DNA of 64,000 nucleotides from Plasmodiophora brassicae (Eukaryota): NCBI GenBank assembly GCA_036867785.1, contig CP145416.1, positions 620,001 to 684,000 of the forward strand, read 5' to 3'. Shown piece by piece: positions 34,501 to 44,386 of this stretch (position 1 is its first letter; each line of letters starts with the position of its first letter). The notes under the pieces were generated by a model. It saw only the letters and a program-made list of their open reading frames with translations, ran no database searches and was not told where the DNA came from. The position numbers and the translations under genes were made by a program.

Positions 34501-35563
34501 TGCGAAGCAGGTCGTATCTGAACCGGATGCCGTTGATTCGACGCCTTCTGACGAACAACAGCTGCAAGCGGCCCCTGGAACTGCTTCGCGCTCTCGTTCT
34601 CGACGAACTCGTGCGACTGTAGACGATCCGGATTCTGATGTTCAACCTTCGTCAAGGCCTGTCGGTGAGGCCCAACAACCATCGACGCCTGAAAGTGCGA
34701 TTCGCACTCGTACGCGAAGAGGACGTGGTCAGGCACAGGCCGTGCTTGACTCTGACCGTGTTGAGGAACACTCTCGAGGGTCTGTTGGTGAATCTGTACA
34801 GCAGTCGACTCCTGAAACTGCGACCCGCTCTCGCGCGCGAAGAGCTCGACCTGAACATAACACAGCGGATGTTCCTTCCGGCGACGATCACACGGTCGAA
34901 GTTGGCTCAAAACGTACGCGACAGACTGGTGAAACGGCTGGAACTGATAATGAGCAACAAACGAAGCGTTCGCGGTCGAGGACAGTCGCCATATCCCAGA
35001 CTGCTCCAGCCGCATCCGGGCATGGTGAAAGCGTCCCGCTTCCCAAGAAGACACGTGGAAAATCTCGTGCTAAGCCTGACGACCTCTCTATCACGTCTTC
35101 GGAGGGCCCTACTCGTAGGACCCGTTCTCATCCCGAACCAGACCCTGAAGCGGTAGAGGAGACGCTGTCCGCATCGTCTAAAAAGCAACGTCGCTCAACA
35201 CGAACGACGGGAGAGTCCTTCGCTGAAGTCGAATCAGAGGCCGCTGTTGAGGAAGCCCCAATACGTACTCGATCTGGGCGTCTTCGTGCTCCTGAAACAC
35301 CACAACCTGTTGAAGAGCCGAAGCGCGGCAGGCGCCGGGAAACCATAGCTGATACGGAAGGCACACCAGCTCCTGCGCCTGTCAAAGCCAGTCGTCGAAC
35401 CCGGTCCAGTGCGAAAGATGTCGCATCAGATATTGTAGTCGACGATATGGAACCCGTCGAACCCGACAGCAAGCCAACCAAGGCGAGATCGGCGCGCTCG
35501 GCCGCAGCACGTAAGCAGGAGTCTCCTGGCCGGACGACTCGTTCGACGCGCCGTCGCGCCTGA
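28567..35563 (+). CDS. Large FHA-domain protein, Ki-67-like architecture with WH2-like and basic repeats (multi-exon, >2,000 aa)
   Basis: FHA exons VVVIRPDGRDG|..ITFGR|DLSCDIRIQLRSVSKSHARL..TILNG..VISQRSFRLEY, followed by disordered S/T/P-rich exons 29252-30267, 30329-30584 and 30639-35563. Confidence 0.85.
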
Positions 35564-35702
35564 GATCCCTGCCCGCCCCGCCCTGCAGACTGCTTATATT
35601 CAAATTGCACTAACTATGGTACACAGATCCTTCGCTGCTCATTAATCTACAGTAGGCTGTACGCTGTCCTCTTCATTATGGTTGCTTGGATAGATGGTGA
35701 AC

Positions 35703-36971
35703 CTATACTTGGGACGCCACAGCGTCATCAGCGCTAACAAACCCGTCGGAGGACATCCCAGCTGCCTCCCAGCGCTGCCAGTTCAGTAGCTGCCTTCTCC
35801 TTAGCTTTGTCCTCCTTCGGTATACTAGCACGCTGGCCACCGTCACAATGACGACCACGATGACGATGCCAGACAGGAGCGCGGTGACGCCGGTTGGCCC
35901 CATACTGCGTTGGTTTCGTTCATCCAGCTGGGTTGCCCCCGGTTGCGGCCCCGTCTCCGACACGGGTAACGACGACACAGCTGGGGCTACTGTCGGTCGT
36001 GGAGCTGTTGTTGTTCTTGGTGCTGATGTCGTAGATGCCGTGCGGGGGCGCTTCGTCGACGTAGGCCTTGCAGCGGTGGCTGGCGGAGGCGTTGACGATG
36101 GTGCCATGGACCACACGGGCAGATTGCAATAGTTCGCCGCTGGGTTCCACTTGTCGTTCGCGGAAAACGTTGTGCTCAGCGTCGTCGACCCATGCTCATT
36201 GCTGTTGGGGTAGGAAACCAACCGAAGTCCTTGGACGGCTTGGACGGACTCGCTGCCAAACAGCCAGCAGATCTCCATCGCGGCGTCGTCCCCAGGACGG
36301 AGCAGTACGCTCTGCACGAGGTGGCAAGAGGACCCGAACCGGGCTTTGGACTCCGAGCATAAGCGCGCGCAGGACCCGATCGACGGTGGCGATATCTCAT
36401 TCGCAGACCCGACTGCAACGTTCTCATCACTACACCGTACATATCGCGTCCAATGGGAATCTTTACCTGATAACGGGAACGTAGATGGTCCTATCGCAAA
36501 CACGGCCGACTGTTGCACGGAGGGCTTGCCGTCGACAACAGTTGCCGTGGTCGTCACCTCGATATAGCTGAGCAGGTGCCCAGGCGCCCAGACTGGTTCG
36601 TACCCGGTGTATGTGACGTGTGAACCAGTGGTCGCATAATTGCCGTCGTGCATCTTGGCAAATACGACAGCGGCATCGTCCCCTGGCGACGTCGACGAGA
36701 ACGGTGTTGGAAAGGCACAGATCGGTACTGAGGAGGTTCGGCAAGGGCAGGCCTCGTCACTGAAATCGAACACGAACCCGGAACATGACAAGTCGGCGGC
36801 GCAGGCCCACCGGCATGAACGCTCGTCGACCAGACCAACGCGGCACATGCCGACCAGCGACTGATCGCGGCTGGCGACGACTGGAACGCGAACATCCAGG
36901 AAGCGAACATCATCGTGCGCGCCGGCCAACCCAACCACGAACCCCAGCAACAGGAACATCGTTGCACGCAT
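35703..36971 (-). CDS. Type I membrane protein with two PAN/Apple-like Cys domains and a Thr/Pro stalk
   Basis: Signal MFLLLGFVVGLAGA; CRWACAADLSCSGFVF...C and CARLCSES...CHLV...CWL; mucin-like stalk; TM LLSGIVIVVVIVTVASVLVY-RRR. Confidence 0.7.
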   Translation of the reverse strand: MRATMFLLLGFVVGLAGAHDDVRFLDVRVPVVASRDQSLVGMCRVGLVDERSCRWACAADLSCSGFVFDFSDEACPCRTSSVPICAFPTPFSSTSPGDDAAVVFAKMHDGNYATTGSHVTYTGYEPVWAPGHLLSYIEVTTTATVVDGKPSVQQSAVFAIGPSTFPLSGKDSHWTRYVRCSDENVAVGSANEISPPSIGSCARLCSESKARFGSSCHLVQSVLLRPGDDAAMEICWLFGSESVQAVQGLRLVSYPNSNEHGSTTLSTTFSANDKWNPAANYCNLPVWSMAPSSTPPPATAARPTSTKRPRTASTTSAPRTTTAPRPTVAPAVSSLPVSETGPQPGATQLDERNQRSMGPTGVTALLSGIVIVVVIVTVASVLVYRRRTKLRRRQLLNWQRWEAAGMSSDGFVSADDAVASQV

Positions 36972-37372
36972 CGGAGCGCCTCTTTTCAACTATGCCTGCA
37001 GAGGCACGCGGACGCGTTCCGCCTGCCATCAAACTTCGCCGTGATCTGGAACATCCCCCTGCTGCGTCGGATCCCGCTCGTCACACAGCCAACGGACCAA
37101 CCGAGAACGCGCCAGACGACTCTTGTGCTGGTGGTATAAATATCGGCCACCAGTCACAGCAGGCTGCTTCACCGTCGGCTGCAGCTGCATGCTGGAATAT
37201 TCTATCGTACCTCAACCTCAGTGGACAGTGACTGTTCGACGCGGCGCAAAACAGCTCAAGTTGGTGGCGGGCTGCAAAAAAAGGGGGGTGATCATCATCG
37301 CGCGCCCCTCATGTCACGACGCGCCAGTCGAGCGGGCGGCGAGTTGGATCGCCGCAAAGGTGCAGCTCATTC

Positions 37373-38812
37373 ATGAAACGGAAAGGTGCGATCCGCAACG
37401 GGCGTGGCCCGGGGCGCGGCGAGGACGGTGATGCGGAGGGTGTCGTGCAGGACGCCGCCGCTGTCAGTGCGGCCGACCGTCGCATCGATTCGCAGGTCGT
37501 GATGGAGTTCGGGGGCCCGGCCGGCACCGGGTTCATGATGGCGTTCTTCCCCGCGCTGATGGTGTACCTGTGGGTGTGCATTGACGGGTACGACGGAGCA
37601 CTGTCGGTCCCAACCGGCGTCACGAACGTGATCCCGTGGGCGCACGAGATGATCGCGTATGTGGGCGCGCATGCGGCCCCGACGGTGTGGGCATGGAACG
37701 TGTACTGGACGTTCGTCATCCTGCAGGCCGTACTTGCTGTTGCCATGCCTGGTCCAACGGTCCGTGGGCTTCCCGTCCCGTCATTGGGTGGCGCTCGTCT
37801 GTCGTACCTGTGCAACGGCGTCTCCTCGTTTTACGCCACGCTCCTTATCGCCGCTGCGCTGCATGTGTCGGGCGTGTTCCCTCTGTGGAAGGTCGTTGAG
37901 AACACGGGGCCGTTGATGACCGTATCGATCCTGTCCGGGTTCGCGGTCACTGTCGCGACCTATGCGATAACCGTGGCACGAGGTGCGTCACATCGTATGT
38001 CGGGGAACGTTGTCTACGATTTGTTCATGGGGGCGCCGTTGAATCCACGAATCGGCCCGCTCGACCTGAAGATGTTCGCAGAGATCCGCGTCCCCTGGCT
38101 GCTTCTCTTCTTCATATCGCTGTCGGCGGTATCCAAGCAGATTCACGCCACCGGGTCAGCGTCGCCCAGCGTCTGGTTCATGATGACGGCACACCTCCTG
38201 TACGTGAACGCTTGCATGAAGGGCGAGGAATGCATTCCGACGACCTGGGACATATTCTACGAGAAATGGGGGTTCATGCTCATCTTCTGGAACATGTCGG
38301 GCGTGCCGTTCACGTACTGCTATTCGACTCTGTACCTCGTTCTGACTAAACCTGGCCGTGAGCTCGTGATCCCGACCCCGCTGATGGTGGCGCTCTTCGT
38401 GGTCCTGTTTGCTGCTTACTACGTGTGGGACACGGCCAACTCGCAGAAGAACCGATTCCGCATGGAGATGTCGGGCACGTACATCCCGAGACAGACCTTC
38501 CCGCAGTTGCCATGGGGCACGATTACCGACCCGGAGTTCATCCAGACGAAGAACGGGTCGAAACTGCTCGTATCCGGGTGGTGGGGCATCGCTCGAAAGA
38601 TTCACTACACGGCTGACCTCGTCATGGCACTGACCTGGGGCGTCGCCACCGGGTTTGCCAGCATTATCCCGTACTTCTACGTCACGTTCTTCACGTTCGT
38701 CCTCGTACACCGCGTCTCCAGAGACATGGAGCGATGCGCGAAGAAATACGGGAAAGACTGGGACGAGTACTGCCGCCGCGTCCCGTACATCTTCGTCCCC
38801 TACGTCATATGA
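37373..38812 (+). CDS. ERG4: Delta24(24-1) sterol reductase (ERG4/ERG24 family, ERG4-type), intronless
   Basis: EFGGP, YLCNG, GNVVYDLFMGAPLNPRIGPLDLKMFAEIR, YVNACMKGEECIPTTWDIFYEKWGFMLIFWN, HRVSRDMERCAKKYGKDWDEYC. Confidence 0.92.
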   Translation: MKRKGAIRNGRGPGRGEDGDAEGVVQDAAAVSAADRRIDSQVVMEFGGPAGTGFMMAFFPALMVYLWVCIDGYDGALSVPTGVTNVIPWAHEMIAYVGAHAAPTVWAWNVYWTFVILQAVLAVAMPGPTVRGLPVPSLGGARLSYLCNGVSSFYATLLIAAALHVSGVFPLWKVVENTGPLMTVSILSGFAVTVATYAITVARGASHRMSGNVVYDLFMGAPLNPRIGPLDLKMFAEIRVPWLLLFFISLSAVSKQIHATGSASPSVWFMMTAHLLYVNACMKGEECIPTTWDIFYEKWGFMLIFWNMSGVPFTYCYSTLYLVLTKPGRELVIPTPLMVALFVVLFAAYYVWDTANSQKNRFRMEMSGTYIPRQTFPQLPWGTITDPEFIQTKNGSKLLVSGWWGIARKIHYTADLVMALTWGVATGFASIIPYFYVTFFTFVLVHRVSRDMERCAKKYGKDWDEYCRRVPYIFVPYVI

Positions 38813-38936
38813 TTTGTCCGCGCCGGTCCAAGTGACAGCCCGGATCGTCCGCGAAATCAATACTAGAGCACTCATCCTTGTCGTACGGCTTGACGCGCAA
38901 AGTGATACTTGACGTATATATGTTTCGTTCTCCCTT

Positions 38937-39600
38937 TCAAGTCCATATGGTTGTTGGCCATCGCGGTTGCGCTTTGCTTGTCGGTGTACGCGTCCAGTGG
39001 CCTCTTGACGTCAACGGACGTAAATTCTGCTCCGTTACGACATACTCTGACTCCGCCGACGATAATGCCACGGTCTCCAGCAGACGCGATTTACATGCGA
39101 TTGTCGATTCTCCTGTCTTGCAGACGAATCCGCTAGTAGAGCGTCTTGTGTCGGAGCATCCTCCCCAATTAGCGTCCACCGTGACGGTTAGTACGTCTTG
39201 CCCAACTCGGTACAGTAATCCCATATAGACCTTGTCCTCTTCAGATACCGCAGCACTCGCTTTACTGCTACCCAATGCGCCACCCCGTAGTTCGCCATGA
39301 ACCGGCTCAACTGGCTCACCCCGAATGCCAGGTCTGGTCTTGTTGCGTTCACGAGGTGTATCCGCGACCCCACCAATTCCTTGTATGGCAGCTTGAGACA
39401 TTCTCGCATTTGCTCATCGGTTTCAGGTGGGTCTCGGACGCTCAGCCGTGTATGCCCATCCATGGGTGTCGCTGCTCCCTTGCAGTCCGTCATCTTGAAC
39501 TTCTCCAACAACGCGTTCACGTGCGCTTCATGTTTCGTGACCTTGTTCCGACAATCCAATCAAGGCGGTCTCGCTCCGTAACCTTGAAAGATGCTCTTCA
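38937..39600 (-). mobile_element. Ty1/copia retrotransposon RT-RNase H fragment (frameshifted)
   Basis: LLEKFKMTDCKGAATPM, PYKELVGS, TRPDLAFGVSQLSRFM, HWVAVKRVLRYLK, DANWGGCSDTRRSTSGFV, VALSSAESEY, split across frames. Confidence 0.92.
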
Positions 39601-39671
39601 GGATCACATCGGCCTCTGCCATCATCCCGATCGAAATTCCCGACGATCACGATATCCCCGCGATCCGTGGA

Positions 39672-40624
39672 CTAGTACACTATAGTGTACTAGAGGTTTG
39701 ACTGGACGTAAAACTTTAGCAAGGACATATTATTAAGTCATTGGCATTGTGATACACTGGTTACGCCATTCTGGATTGGGAGCTGAAAGTTGTGTAAAAT
39801 TCGGCCACCTAGTTGGCGAGGAACAACGTTGCCAAGTTGAGCATATTTTTCCCGTCACTCCCTATCAAAATAGCCTCTAGTACACTATAGTGTACTAGAG
39901 CCTCAGCGGCATTCGTCGCTTAACTCCTCAACAAACGGACCGAAACAAGGAAATGAATCGAGTTCAATGTTAACACGAGCTGCTTGATCGGAGGCGCCGA
40001 CTACGGCGACGTCCTGACTTCGCCTACAGCTCGGCTTCGATACGTACGCTGGCATACCTGCCGGCGTTCATATCAACTACCAAGCTGCGAGCACGTAGGT
40101 CCATGCGAACCCACCACCTGAAAGTATAGACGAGCCCGTTCTGAGAAGCATGGAACTCACTGGTCTTCCATCATGACCGACGACAACATGCCGTCTGGAT
40201 GACTGATCACCTTCCACCCATCCGTGGGGTCCTTCGCGGCTATGGCCTCCGATCTGTTGCTGCGACCCGAGCTGACGATTCTGCTGGAACCTCTACCACG
40301 TCCACGACCGCGTCCACGACCGCGAGTGGCCGTTCTGCTCGTTCCACAGCGTCCTGCTGCCATGGGCGAGATGCTGTTCCTGGTGACGACTCTCCAGCAG
40401 CGATGCACAGGTCGAGGAACCGCCATAAATCTGTGGGTGGTATTTTTCGACGTGCTCTACCCAGCGGGCCATAAATGACACGATTAGTCCAAAGTTTCTT
40501 GGAGAGGCAGGCTTCAGGAAACTATCGCGAAACGGCGCTCTAGTACACTAGAGTGTACTAGAGCGCCATGCTGCATCTATTTTAGGCTACGCAAAAATGT
40601 CTCTAGTACACTATAGTGTACTAG
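39672..40624. mobile_element. Segment bounded by four copies of the palindrome CTAGTACACTA(T/G)AGTGTACTAG; putative non-autonomous element
   Basis: Copies at 39672-39693, 39877-39898, 40540-40561 and 40603-40624. Confidence 0.55.
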
Positions 40625-40913
40625 ACAATCGGCGGGATATGCTGTCCAGTGCAGAAGCTGGTGATGCTCAACGGTTTCCGTGGCGCAGTTGCAGCGCCCG
40701 GCATTGCGTAGCCTCCCAGCCATGTTTTGCCTAATGTTGAAGAGGTGCTGTCGTGCGCCGCAGTGTCCTGAGCGGGCGCGATTCAGCAGGGGGCCCAGTT
40801 GGCGAGTCTCTCCTGTTGTCTAGGTAGAGGGCTGCGGCTGCTCCCGCGTTCTCGCCTGGCCTACCGATCGTCATAGTGCAGGGCTGACCGATCGTTTCGA
40901 ACTCGCTGTGATA

Positions 40914-43049
40914 ATGTCGGGCAGCAGCAAACTCGTGTCGGCGCCGTTCGGGACGCTTCTCGGCGTCACCGACGGCGACGTGGAAGTGTTCTCGTGCGAC
41001 TACGAGAGCCTGGTGGGCGTGAATCCGTTCGCCGACCGCGCCCAGTTCCAGATGTTCGTCGGCGATACGTACACCGGGTCGGTTGACTGACGGGCGTTGC
41101 TTTGCGGGTTCCAGTTTGATCTCGAACGCGTCCTGGCAGGTTCAAGTGGCAGTGCGTCGAGTTGGCCAGACGGTACCTCCTTAAGAATTACGGCGTCGTC
41201 TTCAAGTCGATCCCGATGGCCTACGACATCTTCCGCCTCAAGGTCGTCAGCCGCGTCGCCGACGACGCCCTGCTGCGAATGCATTCGCACAAGAACGGCT
41301 CCAGCGTCCGTCCCGGCAAAGGGTCGCTTCTGATGTGGGAACCTCTGGGAGAGTTCAACCGCACCGGACACGTGGCCGTCATTGTCGACGTCGCCGATGA
41401 CCACGTCGACATTGTCGAGCAGAACGTCGACGACGCCGTCTGGCCGGCCGGCGTCAAATTCTCGCGACGCCTGTCGGCGAGGGTGGACCCGCAAACCGGA
41501 GCCTACACCATAACGTGCACGTTCCCGGATACGGCCGTCCTTGGGTGGACCACGGTCGCCTTCGACCAGATCTACACGTATGAAGACTTGCCGAATTGCA
41601 CGACGAGCCAGATCGCCCAGAAGACGGTGACGTTGACGAACGAGCAAGCGGCCCAGCCGTACCTTGATCAGAGCCTGCCCTTCGTGAAGGTGTTCTCCGA
41701 GGAATACGGCCTGCTGTTAGGCAAGCCGGGCAAACCGTACCCGTACTACACGGTGACGCAAACGGGTCAGGCCGGGTTGGAATTCGCCACCGAGGAATTG
41801 CATCGCATGTTCGTTGACGCCACCGACTATGTCCTGCACCACGAGAAGGAGTTCGGCGAGCACTTTCGCATCCCTGAAAGGCTCTGGCCCAAGATGCTGC
41901 GATCGTTCTACTCCAGGTAGGGCGACGGGGGAAGCCGTCAGGCGACGGGGAACTCAGGGCCGCCCAGGAAGCATGATATCGTCGCGGGGCGATTCGATTT
42001 CGCCATCACCAAGGACGGTCTGAAGGTGTACGAGTACAATGCGGACTCGGCGTCCTGCTTACTGGAATGCGGCTACACTCAGGTACACACACACTCACTG
42101 CCACGACCACGTCGTCTGTCATCGTCTCATACCCAGTGGTGCAGGATCGGTGGTCAGAGGCCGCTGGTATCGGCGGCGTCGGCCGAAGTAACAGCGGCGA
42201 GCTGTTCGACCGCCTGGTGGCGACATGGAAGGCGAGGAACGTGGTCGGTCCGTTGCACTTGCTGTGCGACAACGACAAGGAGGAGATCTACCACTCGATG
42301 TACATGAAAGCGGCCGCAGAAGCCGCCGGCATCGAGTGCCACCTGCTGATCGGCATGAGCGCTGTCACGTGGACGAAGGACGGCGACCTGCAGGACGGCG
42401 AGAAGCGATTGCTGCAGAACGTATGGAAGACGTGGTCCTGGAGGACCGCCCTGAACGAACTGTCGGATGAGGAGTTCCTGCTGTATCTAGAGAAGGAGGA
42501 GCAGTTCAACGAGGCGAAGCGATCTACGCCACGGTCGTCCAGCGCCCGGCCGAAACTCGTCGATATCCTCCTTCACCTGGGCATCCGGATCTTCGAACCC
42601 CTGTGGACGATCCTGCCCAGCTCCAAGGCCATCCTGCCCATTCTCTGGAAGATGCATCCGAACCATCCGTACCTGCTCAAGTCGAGTTTCGAGATCACAC
42701 CCGAGTTTCTCCAGAACGGATACGTCGCCAAGCCGGTAAGACATTTAAGTCGCGTGCCTGTTTTAGCCCTGACGCATGGCAGGTCACCGGGCGAACAGGC
42801 GCGAACGTGTCGTTATTTGGCGCCCAAGGCGGTCTGATCGAGAAGACTGAGGGCAAATGGGACCAGGACGTTGCCGTCTACCAGGAGTTGGCCATGCTGC
42901 CTAAATTCAAGGACGACTTCGTCCAGTTCTGCACATGGGTCGTTGGCGGCTCGTATGCTGGCACCATCCTGCGCGTCGATCGCTCTGGAATCATCGGCCT
43001 GCGGTCTGGGACCTATTCCGTCCGCGTTGTTCCAGACCCGCAGAGTTAA
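40914..43049 (+). CDS. gspS: Bifunctional glutathionylspermidine/trypanothione synthetase-amidase
   Basis: CHAP amidase APFGTLLG...G|FKWQCVELARRYL...TGHVAV...IVEQN; ATP-grasp synthetase ATEELHRMFVDAT, GRFDFA, LKVYEYNADSAS, VWKTWSW, FEPLWTILPSSKAILP, YVAKP|VTGRTGANV. Four short introns. Confidence 0.93.
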
Positions 43050-43092
43050 CCGTTGCAAACTTCGTCGTCTAATCCACTGTATTACTTCCAAG

Positions 43093-43929
43093 TCAATGCC
43101 CGTTAGGGAAGGGTGCATCTTCTTGAAGCGGCGTCTGCTCGTCATGGCCGTTGCCGTTCAAGGCATGGCTCGGTAGTGGCCCGTCCGGTTGGCCTGCTTC
43201 CCAGTAGCCATTACGCTGATGGGGCACTTGTGGGCACTCGTAGTCTGCCATGATCCCATTTGTCCATCGATGCAGGCAGGTAACGACAGCGGCCCGAACT
43301 GATGTCGACGCCAGTGAGGATATGGTGATGACCAAGACGGTGGTGTCGACGAATAGGACGAATAGGCGCATCTTAGGCAGGCAGGCGTAGCAGAATTGCA
43401 GGAACAGATAACTCGGCAGGGCGTACTGGATAAGGTCGGCTGTGAGGAACAGGCGGCGCATTCTAAGGAACTTGATCGTGTGCTGAAGCGTGTAGATGCA
43501 CAGGCCTATGGTTTGGCAATGCTGGACGGCGCTCATGACCAGGAAGCAGAGGACGAGAGCGGTCAGGAACTCGATCCATCCCTGGATGGTCGTGAGCGAC
43601 ACCGTCAATGCCGACGATAGGGACACAGTGACGAGGAGGGCCAATCGGATGACCGCCTCTTTGCTCGCCAGCTCCTTGGCGTTCCGCCTGGCCTCGTGCC
43701 AGACGCGGTCATCGGTTGCCGATTCCACCGCCGCCATCGCCTGACGATACGAATATCGGACGATACCGGCCGCAACCGGTTGCCGCTCCGAGCGGCCCCG
43801 TTCTGGTGAAGCTGTGACAGGTCGAATGCGCTTGCTCCATGAGCCGGTAGGTGTCCGCACGGTTACCGCACGCTCATCTTGATTGTTTACCACGCCAGCT
43901 ACTGCACAACGAGGACTTCGAGATGCCAC
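43093..43929 (-). CDS. Hypothetical multi-pass membrane protein
   Basis: 278-aa ORF with about four hydrophobic segments. Family not recognised; 5' end uncertain. Confidence 0.55.
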   Translation of the reverse strand: MASRSPRCAVAGVVNNQDERAVTVRTPTGSWSKRIRPVTASPERGRSERQPVAAGIVRYSYRQAMAAVESATDDRVWHEARRNAKELASKEAVIRLALLVTVSLSSALTVSLTTIQGWIEFLTALVLCFLVMSAVQHCQTIGLCIYTLQHTIKFLRMRRLFLTADLIQYALPSYLFLQFCYACLPKMRLFVLFVDTTVLVITISSLASTSVRAAVVTCLHRWTNGIMADYECPQVPHQRNGYWEAGQPDGPLPSHALNGNGHDEQTPLQEDAPFPNGH

Positions 43930-44386
43930 GCGAGAAGGTGCCCATCAACCCACAGCAAGAGTTGGCGCTCTTCAGAACGTGGGCGATTGTTCGCCCGATG
44001 CCCCATCGGTCCCGCCTGTACAACAGCCCGCCCTTTGCTTGCGAATGAACGGATGACCGTCCGAATCTCCCGAACTGGACGTCGCAGCGATGTCGACCGC
44101 GATACAGTACGGCTTGCCTACCGATACGCAGGCAGACTGGCAAGCGTTGGGGGCGCCCCCAGCGCAATCCTCCTTATACTTATACCCAGGGAACACCGCC
44201 AGGCCCCGGCGCTCTAAAACGAGGTTGGCCAGCGCTTGCGGGCGTTCCAAGAATAGCCAGGGGGCCCGCCCGCCCGGCCGTGGGCGCGCTGCATGTAACG
44301 TTAGCGGGCGAAGGTGCGCCACGGCGTTGCGTTCACATAGGTCGCGGAGCGTGGTGTGCACAGCGGTTGCTGGTCGGTGCCGGAGG

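Noticed and set aside
40914-43049. Bacterial contamination as the source of gspS, ychF or GluRS
   Set aside because: All three contain typical short spliceosomal introns and sit among eukaryotic genes.
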